Source: a virus. From it: DNA of 17,941 nucleotides. Under the pieces are notes generated by a model that saw nothing but the letters and a program-made list of their open reading frames with translations, searched no databases and was not told where the DNA came from. The translations under genes were made by a program, and so were the position numbers. This document shows positions 6,534-14,491 of this stretch, piece after piece. The stretch is from IMG/VR virus record IMGVR_UViG_3300035698_022349; one strand, written 5' to 3'. Numbering within the stretch: the first letter of the stretch is position 1; the number at the start of each line of letters is the position of its first letter.

Positions 6534-6562
6534 TTGACAACCACAAGCCAACCCTTTACAAT
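6534..6562 (+). promoter_or_regulatory. Near-consensus sigma70 promoter: TTGACA, 17-nt spacer, TACAAT
   Basis: The -35 is at 6534-6539, the spacer is exactly 17 nt, and the -10 is at 6557-6562 (5 of 6 matches). It faces the integrase and the long + strand gene array. Confidence 0.6.
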
Positions 6563-6756
6563 TTTTCTATGAGAACTTCTCAGACCGCCTCTGCCTCCAC
6601 CCAACAATCACTTCAACCCCAGCCGACAGGACACATAACTCGGCTTATAGGTCTACTCGCCCCTAGACTAAAGTCCCACAGACTAATTTCCTATTCCACT
6701 ATCTCCGCCTACCTATCTACACTGGCAATCACTACCCCAACAAAGGAGGCTTGCCA

Positions 6757-7911
6757 GTGACAATCGAAACCCAGGCTCAAAACATCGCAGCCATCAAAGA
6801 CTATCTAATCGAGTTATCGTTCCAGGATATCGCACCTAGCACCACTGCTAAATATAAACAATGTCTGCGGGATTTCCTCCGATGGCTGGAGGGGCGCCCA
6901 GTATCAGCCCAGGCAGCCAAGATGTTCTTGGCAGAGCTAAAAGAACGAGGATACAAACCCCGAAGTGTCCAGCTTTACTACCACGCTATAAAGCCATTCC
7001 TGGAATTTCAGGGCATACCTTTCAAACTTAGGTTCAAAAAGACACGCCAGTTGCCTCAGTACCATTCCCCCAACGAGTTAAACTCAATCCTAGCCGTTAT
7101 CGGCAACCGCGGTGATACCTGGGCCAAGCTGGGGCAAAGAGACAGCCTCATAGTCCTTATGCTCGCCTTTACAGGCTTGAGAGCTTCAGAGCTGGTAAAT
7201 CTCCGTCCGTGCGACATAACCAGCGGCTACGTTTTTGTCAGGCATGGCAAAGGCGACAAGGATAGAACGATTCCCCTGGCTCAATCAATTCAACAACCGC
7301 TCAGAGACTACATCGAATCGGAGAACCCCAAGCCCACCAATAAGCTCTTTCCTATCCAGCGAAGAAGACTCTATACGATCGTCAAGCAATATGCCACGGC
7401 AGCCGGCATTAATGATTTATCGCCTCACGGCTTAAGGCATTATTTTGCCACAAGGCTAGTGGAGCAAGGAGCACAGATTAAAGCAGTCCAGGAGCTTTTG
7501 GGCCACGCCAATATATCGACCACAGCCATTTACCTTGACCTGGTCCCCGGCCATCTCCAAAGCTCAATCGCTTTGCTTGATGAAAGCTCAAGCATAAGTA
7601 CCAATAAAAATATATCTAACTCTATTAAGAGAAGTAGAAGTAAAAGCTTAAGCTTAAGCTTAAGCAGTGAACAGGGAAGGGAGAAACCGCTATGTGGCTC
7701 AAACTCAAAGAAGGCGAGACCATCCATGCAGTTATCGACTTTAACTCAGTCAAAAGTATCGCCAAGCATTGGACAGGACAACGGAGTGAATTATGCCTTG
7801 GCCAGGGATGCCCCCATTGCCTCACAGGAAATCCCAAGCGGTGGAGATACCAGGCCAAGCTTATCGTTGACGGAGCCGCAGCGGATTGGGAGTTTGGAGA
7901 GGAGTCCATGA
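6757..7911 (+). CDS. int: Tyrosine recombinase / phage integrase with an unusual C-terminal extension of about 110 aa
   Basis: It has an N-terminal SAM-like core-binding region, then LAFTGLRASEL, HGLRHYFAT and LLGHANISTTAIYLDL (the R...HxxR...Y catalytic set). The GTG at 6757 lies 7 nt after AGGAGG; the TTG at 6751 is too close to it. Confidence 0.9.
   Translation: MTIETQAQNIAAIKDYLIELSFQDIAPSTTAKYKQCLRDFLRWLEGRPVSAQAAKMFLAELKERGYKPRSVQLYYHAIKPFLEFQGIPFKLRFKKTRQLPQYHSPNELNSILAVIGNRGDTWAKLGQRDSLIVLMLAFTGLRASELVNLRPCDITSGYVFVRHGKGDKDRTIPLAQSIQQPLRDYIESENPKPTNKLFPIQRRRLYTIVKQYATAAGINDLSPHGLRHYFATRLVEQGAQIKAVQELLGHANISTTAIYLDLVPGHLQSSIALLDESSSISTNKNISNSIKRSRSKSLSLSLSSEQGREKPLCGSNSKKARPSMQLSTLTQSKVSPSIGQDNGVNYALARDAPIASQEIPSGGDTRPSLSLTEPQRIGSLERSP
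7644..7665. repeat. (AAGCTT)3 tandem repeat forming a 20-bp perfect palindrome (7646-7665)
   Basis: The sequence reads aagcttaagcttaagcttaagc, alternating HindIII and AflII hexamers, 27 nt upstream of the ATG at 7692. Confidence 0.9.
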
Positions 7912-8093
7912 CAGCCTTGCACGCTATACCGCACGAAGCAAACTGGGCCCACATAAGCATTACCCGCCAGGGAGAGGGCAAGGCTACGCGCTACCAAATT
8001 TCAGCGCAGCAAGAAAGCCAAGAGAGGCAAGCACCTTTACCAATAGCCAATAAATACACCGAGGGGAAATATGGACAGTTTGTTAAAAGCTAA
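7692..8093 (+). CDS. Hypothetical globular protein with a CxxxxCxxC motif, 133 aa
   Basis: GGGAGA lies before the ATG. The translation is clearly protein-like (MWLKLKEGETIHAVIDF...CLGQGCPHC...ISITRQGEGKATRYQI). Bases 7692-7911 overlap the integrase ORF in another frame. Confidence 0.7.
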   Translation: MWLKLKEGETIHAVIDFNSVKSIAKHWTGQRSELCLGQGCPHCLTGNPKRWRYQAKLIVDGAAADWEFGEESMTALHAIPHEANWAHISITRQGEGKATRYQISAQQESQERQAPLPIANKYTEGKYGQFVKS

Positions 8094-8250
8094 AAAGGAT
8101 AAAGGCTATCACATCCGTAATTTCGACCCCAAGGCCAGGCGCTTGGCTAAAGCCGGGGCGTCTGTCATAGGCGTTGATATCGGAACCTGGATATCCCAAG
8201 CCGTAAAAGAGAAATTCAACCGAGACATAGCTAGAAAAGGGGAGGTGTAG
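8071..8250 (+). CDS. Ribbon-helix-helix-like small DNA-binding protein, 59 aa
   Basis: GAGGGG lies 5 nt before the ATG at 8071. GYHIRNFDPKARRLAKAGASVIGVDIGTWISQAVKEKF fits a strand-helix-helix pattern (Arc/CopG style). Below the ORF-track cutoff. Confidence 0.5.
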   Translation: MDSLLKAKKDKGYHIRNFDPKARRLAKAGASVIGVDIGTWISQAVKEKFNRDIARKGEV

Positions 8251-8254
8251 CGTT

Positions 8255-8410
8255 ATGCCCGGCAAGCTAAGAGTTTTGCAAGTTGCCTTAGAGAGGCAAA
8301 ACTATGACCTGGCGGCCCACGTTTTAGTCTATGGGCTAGTCAAAGCTAAAGTAGAGGAGTCCAGAAATGGCAAAAAAAGGCGCCCAAAAGGGCAACCAGA
8401 ACGCCCGTAA
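8255..8410 (+). CDS. Hypothetical small protein, 51 aa
   Basis: GGGGAGG lies upstream of the ATG at 8255. The last 44 nt overlap the next gene. Confidence 0.35.
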   Translation: MPGKLRVLQVALERQNYDLAAHVLVYGLVKAKVEESRNGKKRRPKGQPERP

Positions 8411-8726
8411 GCACGGCTTCTACAGCCATGCCCTAACCGAGGCGGAGAAGGTTCAGCTTGATGAGGCGAGCTACGTTGAGGGGGTTGACGAGGAGATCGC
8501 CTTGCTCAGGGTGAAACTCAGGGAGTTAGTCGAGAATAACCCGGACCGAGTTGACCTGCACCTTGAGGCAGCCAATACCATCGCCCGCCTGGTAAGGACG
8601 AGATATCAGATAAGCAAGGAGCAGAAGAAGTCATTGAAGGAGGCTATCACTAAGGTGCTCACCGAGGTTGCCGGTCCGCTCGGAGTTGGCCTCGGCATGG
8701 GCGTCGGAGCGAAGCTAGGAAGATGA
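8367..8726 (+). CDS. Putative terminase small subunit
   Basis: It lies directly upstream of TerL with an ATGATG overlap. It has a basic N-terminus (KGNQNARKHGFYS) followed by helical segments. The call rests on position and motif only. Confidence 0.55.
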   Translation: MAKKGAQKGNQNARKHGFYSHALTEAEKVQLDEASYVEGVDEEIALLRVKLRELVENNPDRVDLHLEAANTIARLVRTRYQISKEQKKSLKEAITKVLTEVAGPLGVGLGMGVGAKLGR

Positions 8727-10102
8727 TGCTAAGACCTTACCAACAGGAAGTGGCCAAAGCGGTCCTGGATAGCATCCAGAACGCCAAAGGACTGACATTC
8801 TCCGTGGAGATTGCCCGCCAGGGAGGCAAGAACGAGCTCTCGGCCCACCTGGAGGTCCTGCTATTGACCCTCTACATGGCCAAGGGTGGCAACCTGGTTA
8901 AGTGCTCCCCCACATTCAAGCCACAGACCATCATATCGATGCAGCGGCTCAAGGAAAGGCTCGATGAGTTCGGCTACGACGGCATTTATCACACCGAGAT
9001 GGGCTATATAATCGCCCTGGGCAGTGCCAGGGAGATATTCCTATCGGCGGAGGAGTCATCCTCGGTCGTAGGACACACCGCCGACATTCTCCTGGAGATT
9101 GACGAGAGCCAGGACGTCAGCAAGGAAAAGTACACCAAGGAGTTCCGCCCTATGGGATCATCGACTAACGTTACCACGATACACTACGGCACAACCTGGG
9201 ACGACGCCACACTACTCGAGGAGATCAAGCAGACTAACACCGAGCTTGAGAAGAAGGACGGCACCAAACGTCATTTCAGATACGATTGGCGAGAGGTGGC
9301 CAGGCACAACCCCGCATACGGCAGCTATGTCGAAGGCGAGAGAATAAGACTAGGCGAAGCCCACCCGCTTTTCAGGACTCAATACCTTCTCTTGCCCATT
9401 AGGGGAGGGGGAGGCTTCTTCACCCGCCAGCAGGTAGTCTTAATGATGGGAACGCATCCTCGGCTGAAAGAACCACAGAACCACGAGATTCCTTACATCG
9501 CAGGGATAGACCTGGCAGGCGAGAGGGAAGAAACCAAGGAGGCAGCCCTTATGGCAGCCAAACCAAAGCTCGATTCAACCGTAATCACAATCGCCCAGAT
9601 GGAAACGGCCCAACGCTCCGAGTTACTACTAGCCGAGCCAACCCTGAACGTAGTGGAGCAGTACCAATGGACGGGAATCCCTCACAGCAAGCTATACCCT
9701 CAGATGGTGGGTATCCTTAAGAAGTGGAATTGCCACAGGATACTTGTTGACGCTACCGGTATCGGCCAGCCAGTAGCCAGCTTTCTTCGCAAAGAGCTCG
9801 GCAGCAAGGTAAAGCCGTTCACCTTCACTCAGAGGAGCAAATCAGACATGGGCTTTGAGCTATTGTCGTTCGTCAACAGTGGCAGGCTGAAGCTGTATAA
9901 ACGGGACGGATCCAACGAATACCGAGAGACGATGTTTCAGCTAGAGAAGGCCAAGGCTCAATACCGTCCCAACCAGACCGTAAACTTCTATGTAGATCCG
10001 CAGGAAGGCCACGACGACTTTTTGATGAGCCTGGCTCTGGCAGTAGAGGGAGCTAAAGACTTCAGCCCAAGAACCGCGAAGGGAGGCTTAAGAGATGACT
10101 GA
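8723..10102 (+). CDS. terL: Terminase large subunit
   Basis: Walker A-like ARQGGKNE and Walker B ILLEIDESQD are present. The C-terminal nuclease-like acidic motifs are IAGIDLAG, LVDATGIG and HDDFLMSLALA. Confidence 0.9.
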   Translation: MMLRPYQQEVAKAVLDSIQNAKGLTFSVEIARQGGKNELSAHLEVLLLTLYMAKGGNLVKCSPTFKPQTIISMQRLKERLDEFGYDGIYHTEMGYIIALGSAREIFLSAEESSSVVGHTADILLEIDESQDVSKEKYTKEFRPMGSSTNVTTIHYGTTWDDATLLEEIKQTNTELEKKDGTKRHFRYDWREVARHNPAYGSYVEGERIRLGEAHPLFRTQYLLLPIRGGGGFFTRQQVVLMMGTHPRLKEPQNHEIPYIAGIDLAGEREETKEAALMAAKPKLDSTVITIAQMETAQRSELLLAEPTLNVVEQYQWTGIPHSKLYPQMVGILKKWNCHRILVDATGIGQPVASFLRKELGSKVKPFTFTQRSKSDMGFELLSFVNSGRLKLYKRDGSNEYRETMFQLEKAKAQYRPNQTVNFYVDPQEGHDDFLMSLALAVEGAKDFSPRTAKGGLRDD

Positions 10103-11483
10103 ATTCAATCCATCCCAACTAGCCCGCACAGACACCCAGCGCCTCAACACCTACCGCACTAACCTGGACTTCTACAACGGCAGCCAGTGGCAGACCGCTT
10201 CACGTAATCGCCAGCTGGTATTTAACTATGCCAAGGTTTCCATAGATAAAGTTACCAGCTATCTTATGCAGGGGCTTAACTTCGCCTGTTACCCCAGCCC
10301 TGAGCCAGGCGAAGGAACTGAGGAATCGAAAGCCAGGGTCAACAGAGCCGAGCAGATCCTACGCCAGGTTTATGAGCAGAACAATCTCCAGCAGCTCGAT
10401 TGGGAGACTGAGATTGACGCCGCCGTCCTGGGCGATGCTTGCTACAAGATCACCTGGGACCAGAGCGAGAAACGCATCAGGATCACAGCACCCGATGTCT
10501 CCGGTATATTCGCATGGTGGCTGGGAGATGATATGGCCAAGGTCTGGAGAGTGGCTTCACGATACACCCTTAGCCAGGACGAGATTAAATTGCTTTACGA
10601 CAGAGCTATCACTAAGAAGTCAGCCATCATCACCGAAGTATGGACGGACAAGACCCTGGACTTATTTCTGGACAGCGACCTCATGGAGTCCAAGCCCAAC
10701 CCTTACGGCTTTATCCCCTTCGTCATATTTCCCAACCTCAGAGAGCCCAAGAAGTTTTGGGGCACCTCCGACATACCGTCACTAATTCAGCCGCAGAGGG
10801 AGCTAAACCGAGCCCTGTCGCAGCTATCCCGCATCCTGGAGCTGTCAGGCAATCCTATTGCCGTGCTGGAAAACATCGGTTCAGCCGAGGATATCCACGT
10901 CAAGCCAGGGGCGGTATGGACCATCCCCGAGGACGCCAAGGCCTATTTGCTGGACTTACTCCAGGGAGGCGGAATCAGACTGCATATAGACTACATAGAC
11001 ACCATTTATCGCACCCTCCACGACATCTCAGAGTGTCCCAGGGCAGCTTACGGAGGCATCGAGAAGGAGCTATCGGGAGCAGCCCTGCAAATTGAGCTTG
11101 GCAGCTTAATTCAGAAAGTCACCCGCAAGCGCACCATCCGCACCAACGCTTATCACCAGCGAGCAGCCCTGATATTGAGGCTCGCTGAGAAGTATATGAG
11201 TGAGAGCTTCGAAGGCATCACTCACCGCGTAGTCTGGGGGCCGATATTGCCTCAGGACGCCGCCAGGCAGGCACAGAACGAACAATTACTGGTCCAGGCA
11301 GGAGTCCACTCACGCAGGACAGCTATGGACGAAATGGGAATCCAGGACCCCGACGAGGAGTTTACCCGCTGGCTGGAGGAGAGAACGAAGATCCTGGAAA
11401 TGAATCAGGAGTTTAGGGCATCGTCCACACGTGGCGGAGCGAGAGAGAGAGCGACAGCCGCAGAAATGGAAGTGCCTGAATAA
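10095..11483 (+). CDS. Portal protein
   Basis: It follows TerL with an 8-nt overlap and is 462 aa. The N-terminal YRTNLDFYNGSQWQ motif is typical of SPP1 gp6-like portals. Confidence 0.85.
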   Translation: MTEFNPSQLARTDTQRLNTYRTNLDFYNGSQWQTASRNRQLVFNYAKVSIDKVTSYLMQGLNFACYPSPEPGEGTEESKARVNRAEQILRQVYEQNNLQQLDWETEIDAAVLGDACYKITWDQSEKRIRITAPDVSGIFAWWLGDDMAKVWRVASRYTLSQDEIKLLYDRAITKKSAIITEVWTDKTLDLFLDSDLMESKPNPYGFIPFVIFPNLREPKKFWGTSDIPSLIQPQRELNRALSQLSRILELSGNPIAVLENIGSAEDIHVKPGAVWTIPEDAKAYLLDLLQGGGIRLHIDYIDTIYRTLHDISECPRAAYGGIEKELSGAALQIELGSLIQKVTRKRTIRTNAYHQRAALILRLAEKYMSESFEGITHRVVWGPILPQDAARQAQNEQLLVQAGVHSRRTAMDEMGIQDPDEEFTRWLEERTKILEMNQEFRASSTRGGARERATAAEMEVPE

Positions 11484-11508
11484 TAGCTCACAACAAGGAG
11501 AACTAACT

Positions 11509-12033
11509 ATGGCAGAGAACGAAAACGAAGAAACCAAAGTAATCGAAAACAACGCACCTGCAGGCGAGGACTTAGAGGCTATCAAGGCCCAGCTTGAGGA
11601 TATCAAAGGTCAAACCTTGATCCTTGAGCAAACTATAGAGGATAAGGACGAACGCATCGCTGGGCTTGAGAAGGACTTTAGCGAAGCCGTCACCCTGGGA
11701 GCGGGCAAAACGAAGGAGCTCGAAGCCTCAGTCGTTGAGCTCGCATCAGTCACGGAAGCCAGAGACCAGGCCGTGGCCAAGTACCTCGGCGTGGCCAAAG
11801 CCCTTAACCCCAGTGTCCCCGAGACCATCCTCGCTGGAGCGACCATCGCCGAGATAGACGCCTCCATCGATAAGGGCAAGACCATCGTAGAGTCCGTCAA
11901 GAAGGCTATGGAAGCCGAGGCTACCAAAGCCAAAGTCCCCGCAGGGGCGCCAACCAGAAGCGCTATCAGCACCGAAGGCTTATCGGCCCGAGAGAAGATC
12001 GCCGCTGGAATACAACCAAAAGGAGGAAGTTAA
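11509..12033 (+). CDS. Scaffolding protein
   Basis: AAGGAG lies before the ATG at 11509. The protein is acidic, Ala/Glu/Lys-rich and helical, and sits between portal and capsid. The listed start at 11431 overlaps the portal and has no SD. Confidence 0.6.
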   Translation: MAENENEETKVIENNAPAGEDLEAIKAQLEDIKGQTLILEQTIEDKDERIAGLEKDFSEAVTLGAGKTKELEASVVELASVTEARDQAVAKYLGVAKALNPSVPETILAGATIAEIDASIDKGKTIVESVKKAMEAEATKAKVPAGAPTRSAISTEGLSAREKIAAGIQPKGGS

Positions 12034-12036
12034 TAA

Positions 12037-12957
12037 ATGGCCTTAACACTAGCAGAAGCAGAAAAACTCTCGAATGATGTCCTGTTACAGGGAGTCATCG
12101 AGACCATCATCGAGGACAGCCCTATACTCCAGTCCTTGCCATTCATTCAAATTGTGGGCAACGGCCTTAGCTATACCCAGGAGAAGACCTTGCCTACCGT
12201 GGACTTCTACGATGTAGGAGACACCTGGGTAGAGTCCACCCCTGAGTTCGAGAAGGTCACCGCTACCTTGAAAATCATGGGCGGCGACGCCGACGTGGAC
12301 AATTTCTTGAAGTCCACCCGCAGCAACATTCAGGACCTCGAGGCAGCCGTCATCGAGCAGAAGGCCAAGGCCTTAAGACATGAGTTTGAGAAGCAGTTCC
12401 TTTACGGGAACGCCACCACCAGCCCCAAGCAGTTCGACGGCATTATCAAGCTCATCGATACCGCCACGGCATCCGACCAGCTTATCGCTATGGCAGCCAC
12501 GGGAGCCACCCTCACCCTGACCAAGATTGATGAGCTCATAGACGCCGTCAAGGGAGGTAAGCCCGATTTGCTCCTAATGAGCCGCAGGTCCCGCAGGAAG
12601 CTCCAGACTCTAGCCAGGGCGGCAGGCTCTAACCTCGAAGTAGGAGAGGGCAAGCTGGGAGACTTCGTGCAGCTTTATAACGGCATCCCCATTGCCATCA
12701 ACGATTGGATACTGGACACCCACAACGTCACTGCCAGTCTTGAGGACAGCTACACCAGTGATGCCGACTCCACCATCTATGCCCTGAGCTTCGGAGAGGG
12801 AGCATTGGTTGGACTTTCCAGCCCCGAGATGCTGCAGGTCGAAAGGGTTGGCTCTTTGGAGACCAAGGACGCCAGCCGCACCCGGGTAAAGTGGTATGTA
12901 TCCCTGGCCCTATTCTCCAGCGTTAAGGCAGCCGCTTTAATCGGAGTGCAGAACTAG
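12037..12957 (+). CDS. Major capsid protein (HK97-fold type)
   Basis: It is 306 aa, follows the scaffold gene, and its sequence style is typical of phage major capsid proteins (LSYTQEK..., GGDADVDNFL..., C-terminal VKWYVSLALF). Confidence 0.85.
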   Translation: MALTLAEAEKLSNDVLLQGVIETIIEDSPILQSLPFIQIVGNGLSYTQEKTLPTVDFYDVGDTWVESTPEFEKVTATLKIMGGDADVDNFLKSTRSNIQDLEAAVIEQKAKALRHEFEKQFLYGNATTSPKQFDGIIKLIDTATASDQLIAMAATGATLTLTKIDELIDAVKGGKPDLLLMSRRSRRKLQTLARAAGSNLEVGEGKLGDFVQLYNGIPIAINDWILDTHNVTASLEDSYTSDADSTIYALSFGEGALVGLSSPEMLQVERVGSLETKDASRTRVKWYVSLALFSSVKAAALIGVQN

Positions 12958-12973
12958 AAAGGAGGAATAAACT

Positions 12974-13381
12974 ATGGCTTTTGTAGACGCAGGAACAAGT
13001 CGCAAGGTACTTGAAGGCATGCTTCCCATGAAGATCACGCTTGCGGGCGCTGTCGTCGCTGGCGACCCTATTAAGTATTCCACGGGCTGGAAGCTCGCCA
13101 CAAACGAGTCAGGAAAGCCCGCGGTCCTTATTGCTGGCGAGGACGGAGCAGTAGGCGACGTCATAACCGCTTACGGCATGGCCATCGTGGAGTGCGCCCA
13201 TACCTTAGCCAACGTGCCCGTTATGGGAGAGCAGATCGCCGTGGCGGACACGGGAATCTACGCCCCCGATGGCGCTGGACTTCAGGACATAGGCTATGTC
13301 GTTGGCATAGACAGTGACAGCTTGCATAGCCAGATCTTAGTCTGCGGCATGATCGTAGAGATTGATTTGGCTGGCACATAG
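12974..13381 (+). CDS. Head-associated protein, DUF2190-like (possible decoration or cement protein)
   Basis: AAAGGAGG is the RBS. The 135-aa Gly/Ala/Val-rich beta-type sequence lies immediately after the capsid gene. Confidence 0.5.
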   Translation: MAFVDAGTSRKVLEGMLPMKITLAGAVVAGDPIKYSTGWKLATNESGKPAVLIAGEDGAVGDVITAYGMAIVECAHTLANVPVMGEQIAVADTGIYAPDGAGLQDIGYVVGIDSDSLHSQILVCGMIVEIDLAGT

Positions 13382-13474
13382 GATTGCTTACCGGGGAGGC
13401 TGGTAAGGACATTCATACCTCCTCCACCTTGCCAAATAAAGGGTGGGGTGGATGAGGGACACCTCCTTTGCATA

Positions 13475-13506
13475 GGGGAGGGAGAGGGTCGAATCTCTCC
13501 CTCCCC
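13475..13506 (+). other. Perfect 12-bp stem-loop (GGGGAGGGAGAG / CTCTCCCTCCCC, loop GGTCGAAT)
   Basis: The pairing is seen directly. It lies in the 168-nt gap between 13381 and 13550, and no U-tract follows. Confidence 0.8.
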
Positions 13507-13549
13507 ACAGAAAAGGGGGAGTAGGGAAAACTAAATACAAGGAGGCGAT

Positions 13550-13870
13550 ATGTGGAAAATAGACAAAGGCTCTGACACTGGCACAACCGCCGCAGGCTAT
13601 ACCGACGCTCTCGATTGGAACGTCTCGGAGCTCGCCAGCAAGACCATCTTGCTTGAGAACACCCATGGCAGCGAGTCTCTCAAATACAAGCTATCAGGCT
13701 ATGCCTATGATGGCGGAATCGCCAAGGAGCTAGTAGCCGAGACCACCCTGGCCCATGGCGAAGTCGCCGAGTTCCACTACGATAAACAGTGGCACAGTCT
13801 GCTTCTGCAGGTTGTCGACGGCAGCGGGCACGCCACCTACCAGGTGGACTACGAAGGGAAAGGAGTATAG
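13550..13870 (+). CDS. Hypothetical structural protein, 106 aa
   Basis: AAGGAGG is the RBS, and the translation is beta-rich and protein-like. Confidence 0.7.
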   Translation: MWKIDKGSDTGTTAAGYTDALDWNVSELASKTILLENTHGSESLKYKLSGYAYDGGIAKELVAETTLAHGEVAEFHYDKQWHSLLLQVVDGSGHATYQVDYEGKGV

Positions 13871-13872
13871 CG

Positions 13873-14481
13873 ATGGGAGACAAGTATCATTCGGACGATG
13901 ACCTGGTAAACCATGCCGCAGAGCTTGATGCTCATACCTATAACTGGGGGCAGAAACTCCGAACTGGTGAATATATGCTTCCCCTTCCCGTTGCTTATGC
14001 CAGTATGGCCTATACAATTGGATATAGCGCTGGAGTAGCTATCCCATTTCTCGTTTCTAGGGACTTAACCATTGACAGACTAGCGGTTGAGACTACGGTT
14101 GCCGATGCGGGAAAAACAGGGAGGCTTGGAATTTATAATGATGGTGTGGACTTATACCCAGGAACTCTAGTCCTAGATTATGGCACAATTGATATTGGGG
14201 TTGTAGGTATTCTGACTGCTAGTGCAGACCAAGCACTTACTAAGGGGTTGTATTGGCTCGTTTATACCAGTGATGGAAATGCCACACTAAGATGGCTAAT
14301 GCCAGCGTGGTTTCCACTAGGGCAACTTGCAACAGCTTTTGACCATACAAGACGACAAATTGGATGGAATAAAGCAGCTATGGGAGCAGGAGCTTTAGCT
14401 GACCCATTCCCTGGTGGGGGTACTATTTACTCCTATGCAAGGCAGGTGGCTATATTGCCAAGGCTAAAGACTCTGGATTAA
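13873..14481 (+). CDS. Hypothetical structural protein, 202 aa, compositionally distinct
   Basis: AAAGGAG lies 7 nt before the ATG at 13873; the listed start at 13789 overlaps the previous gene. By eye, GC is lower and codons end in A/T more often than in the neighbours. Confidence 0.65.
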   Translation: MGDKYHSDDDLVNHAAELDAHTYNWGQKLRTGEYMLPLPVAYASMAYTIGYSAGVAIPFLVSRDLTIDRLAVETTVADAGKTGRLGIYNDGVDLYPGTLVLDYGTIDIGVVGILTASADQALTKGLYWLVYTSDGNATLRWLMPAWFPLGQLATAFDHTRRQIGWNKAAMGAGALADPFPGGGTIYSYARQVAILPRLKTLD

Positions 14482-14491
14482 GGAGAATGAT

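Noticed and set aside
6105-6760. Plus-strand ORFs 6105-6572 and 6494-6760
   Set aside because: The first is antisense to the SD-supported - strand cassette. The second spans the promoter and the C-rich leader and gives a low-complexity translation. Neither has an SD site.
10372-11095. Alternative-frame ORFs inside the portal gene (10372-10785, 10640-11095), and similar ones inside terL (9099-9347)
   Set aside because: They lie inside confidently assigned genes. The translations are Pro/Arg/Ser-rich, which is typical of off-frame reading, and there is no RBS.
13475-13506. tRNA gene or tRNA fragment
   Set aside because: The loop is 8 nt with GTC in place of TTC. There is no D arm or anticodon arm. 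The 5' arm is a perfect complement of the 3' arm, whereas a tRNA 3' half would not include its own acceptor partner. No GGTTCGAATCC-type box occurs anywhere in the window.
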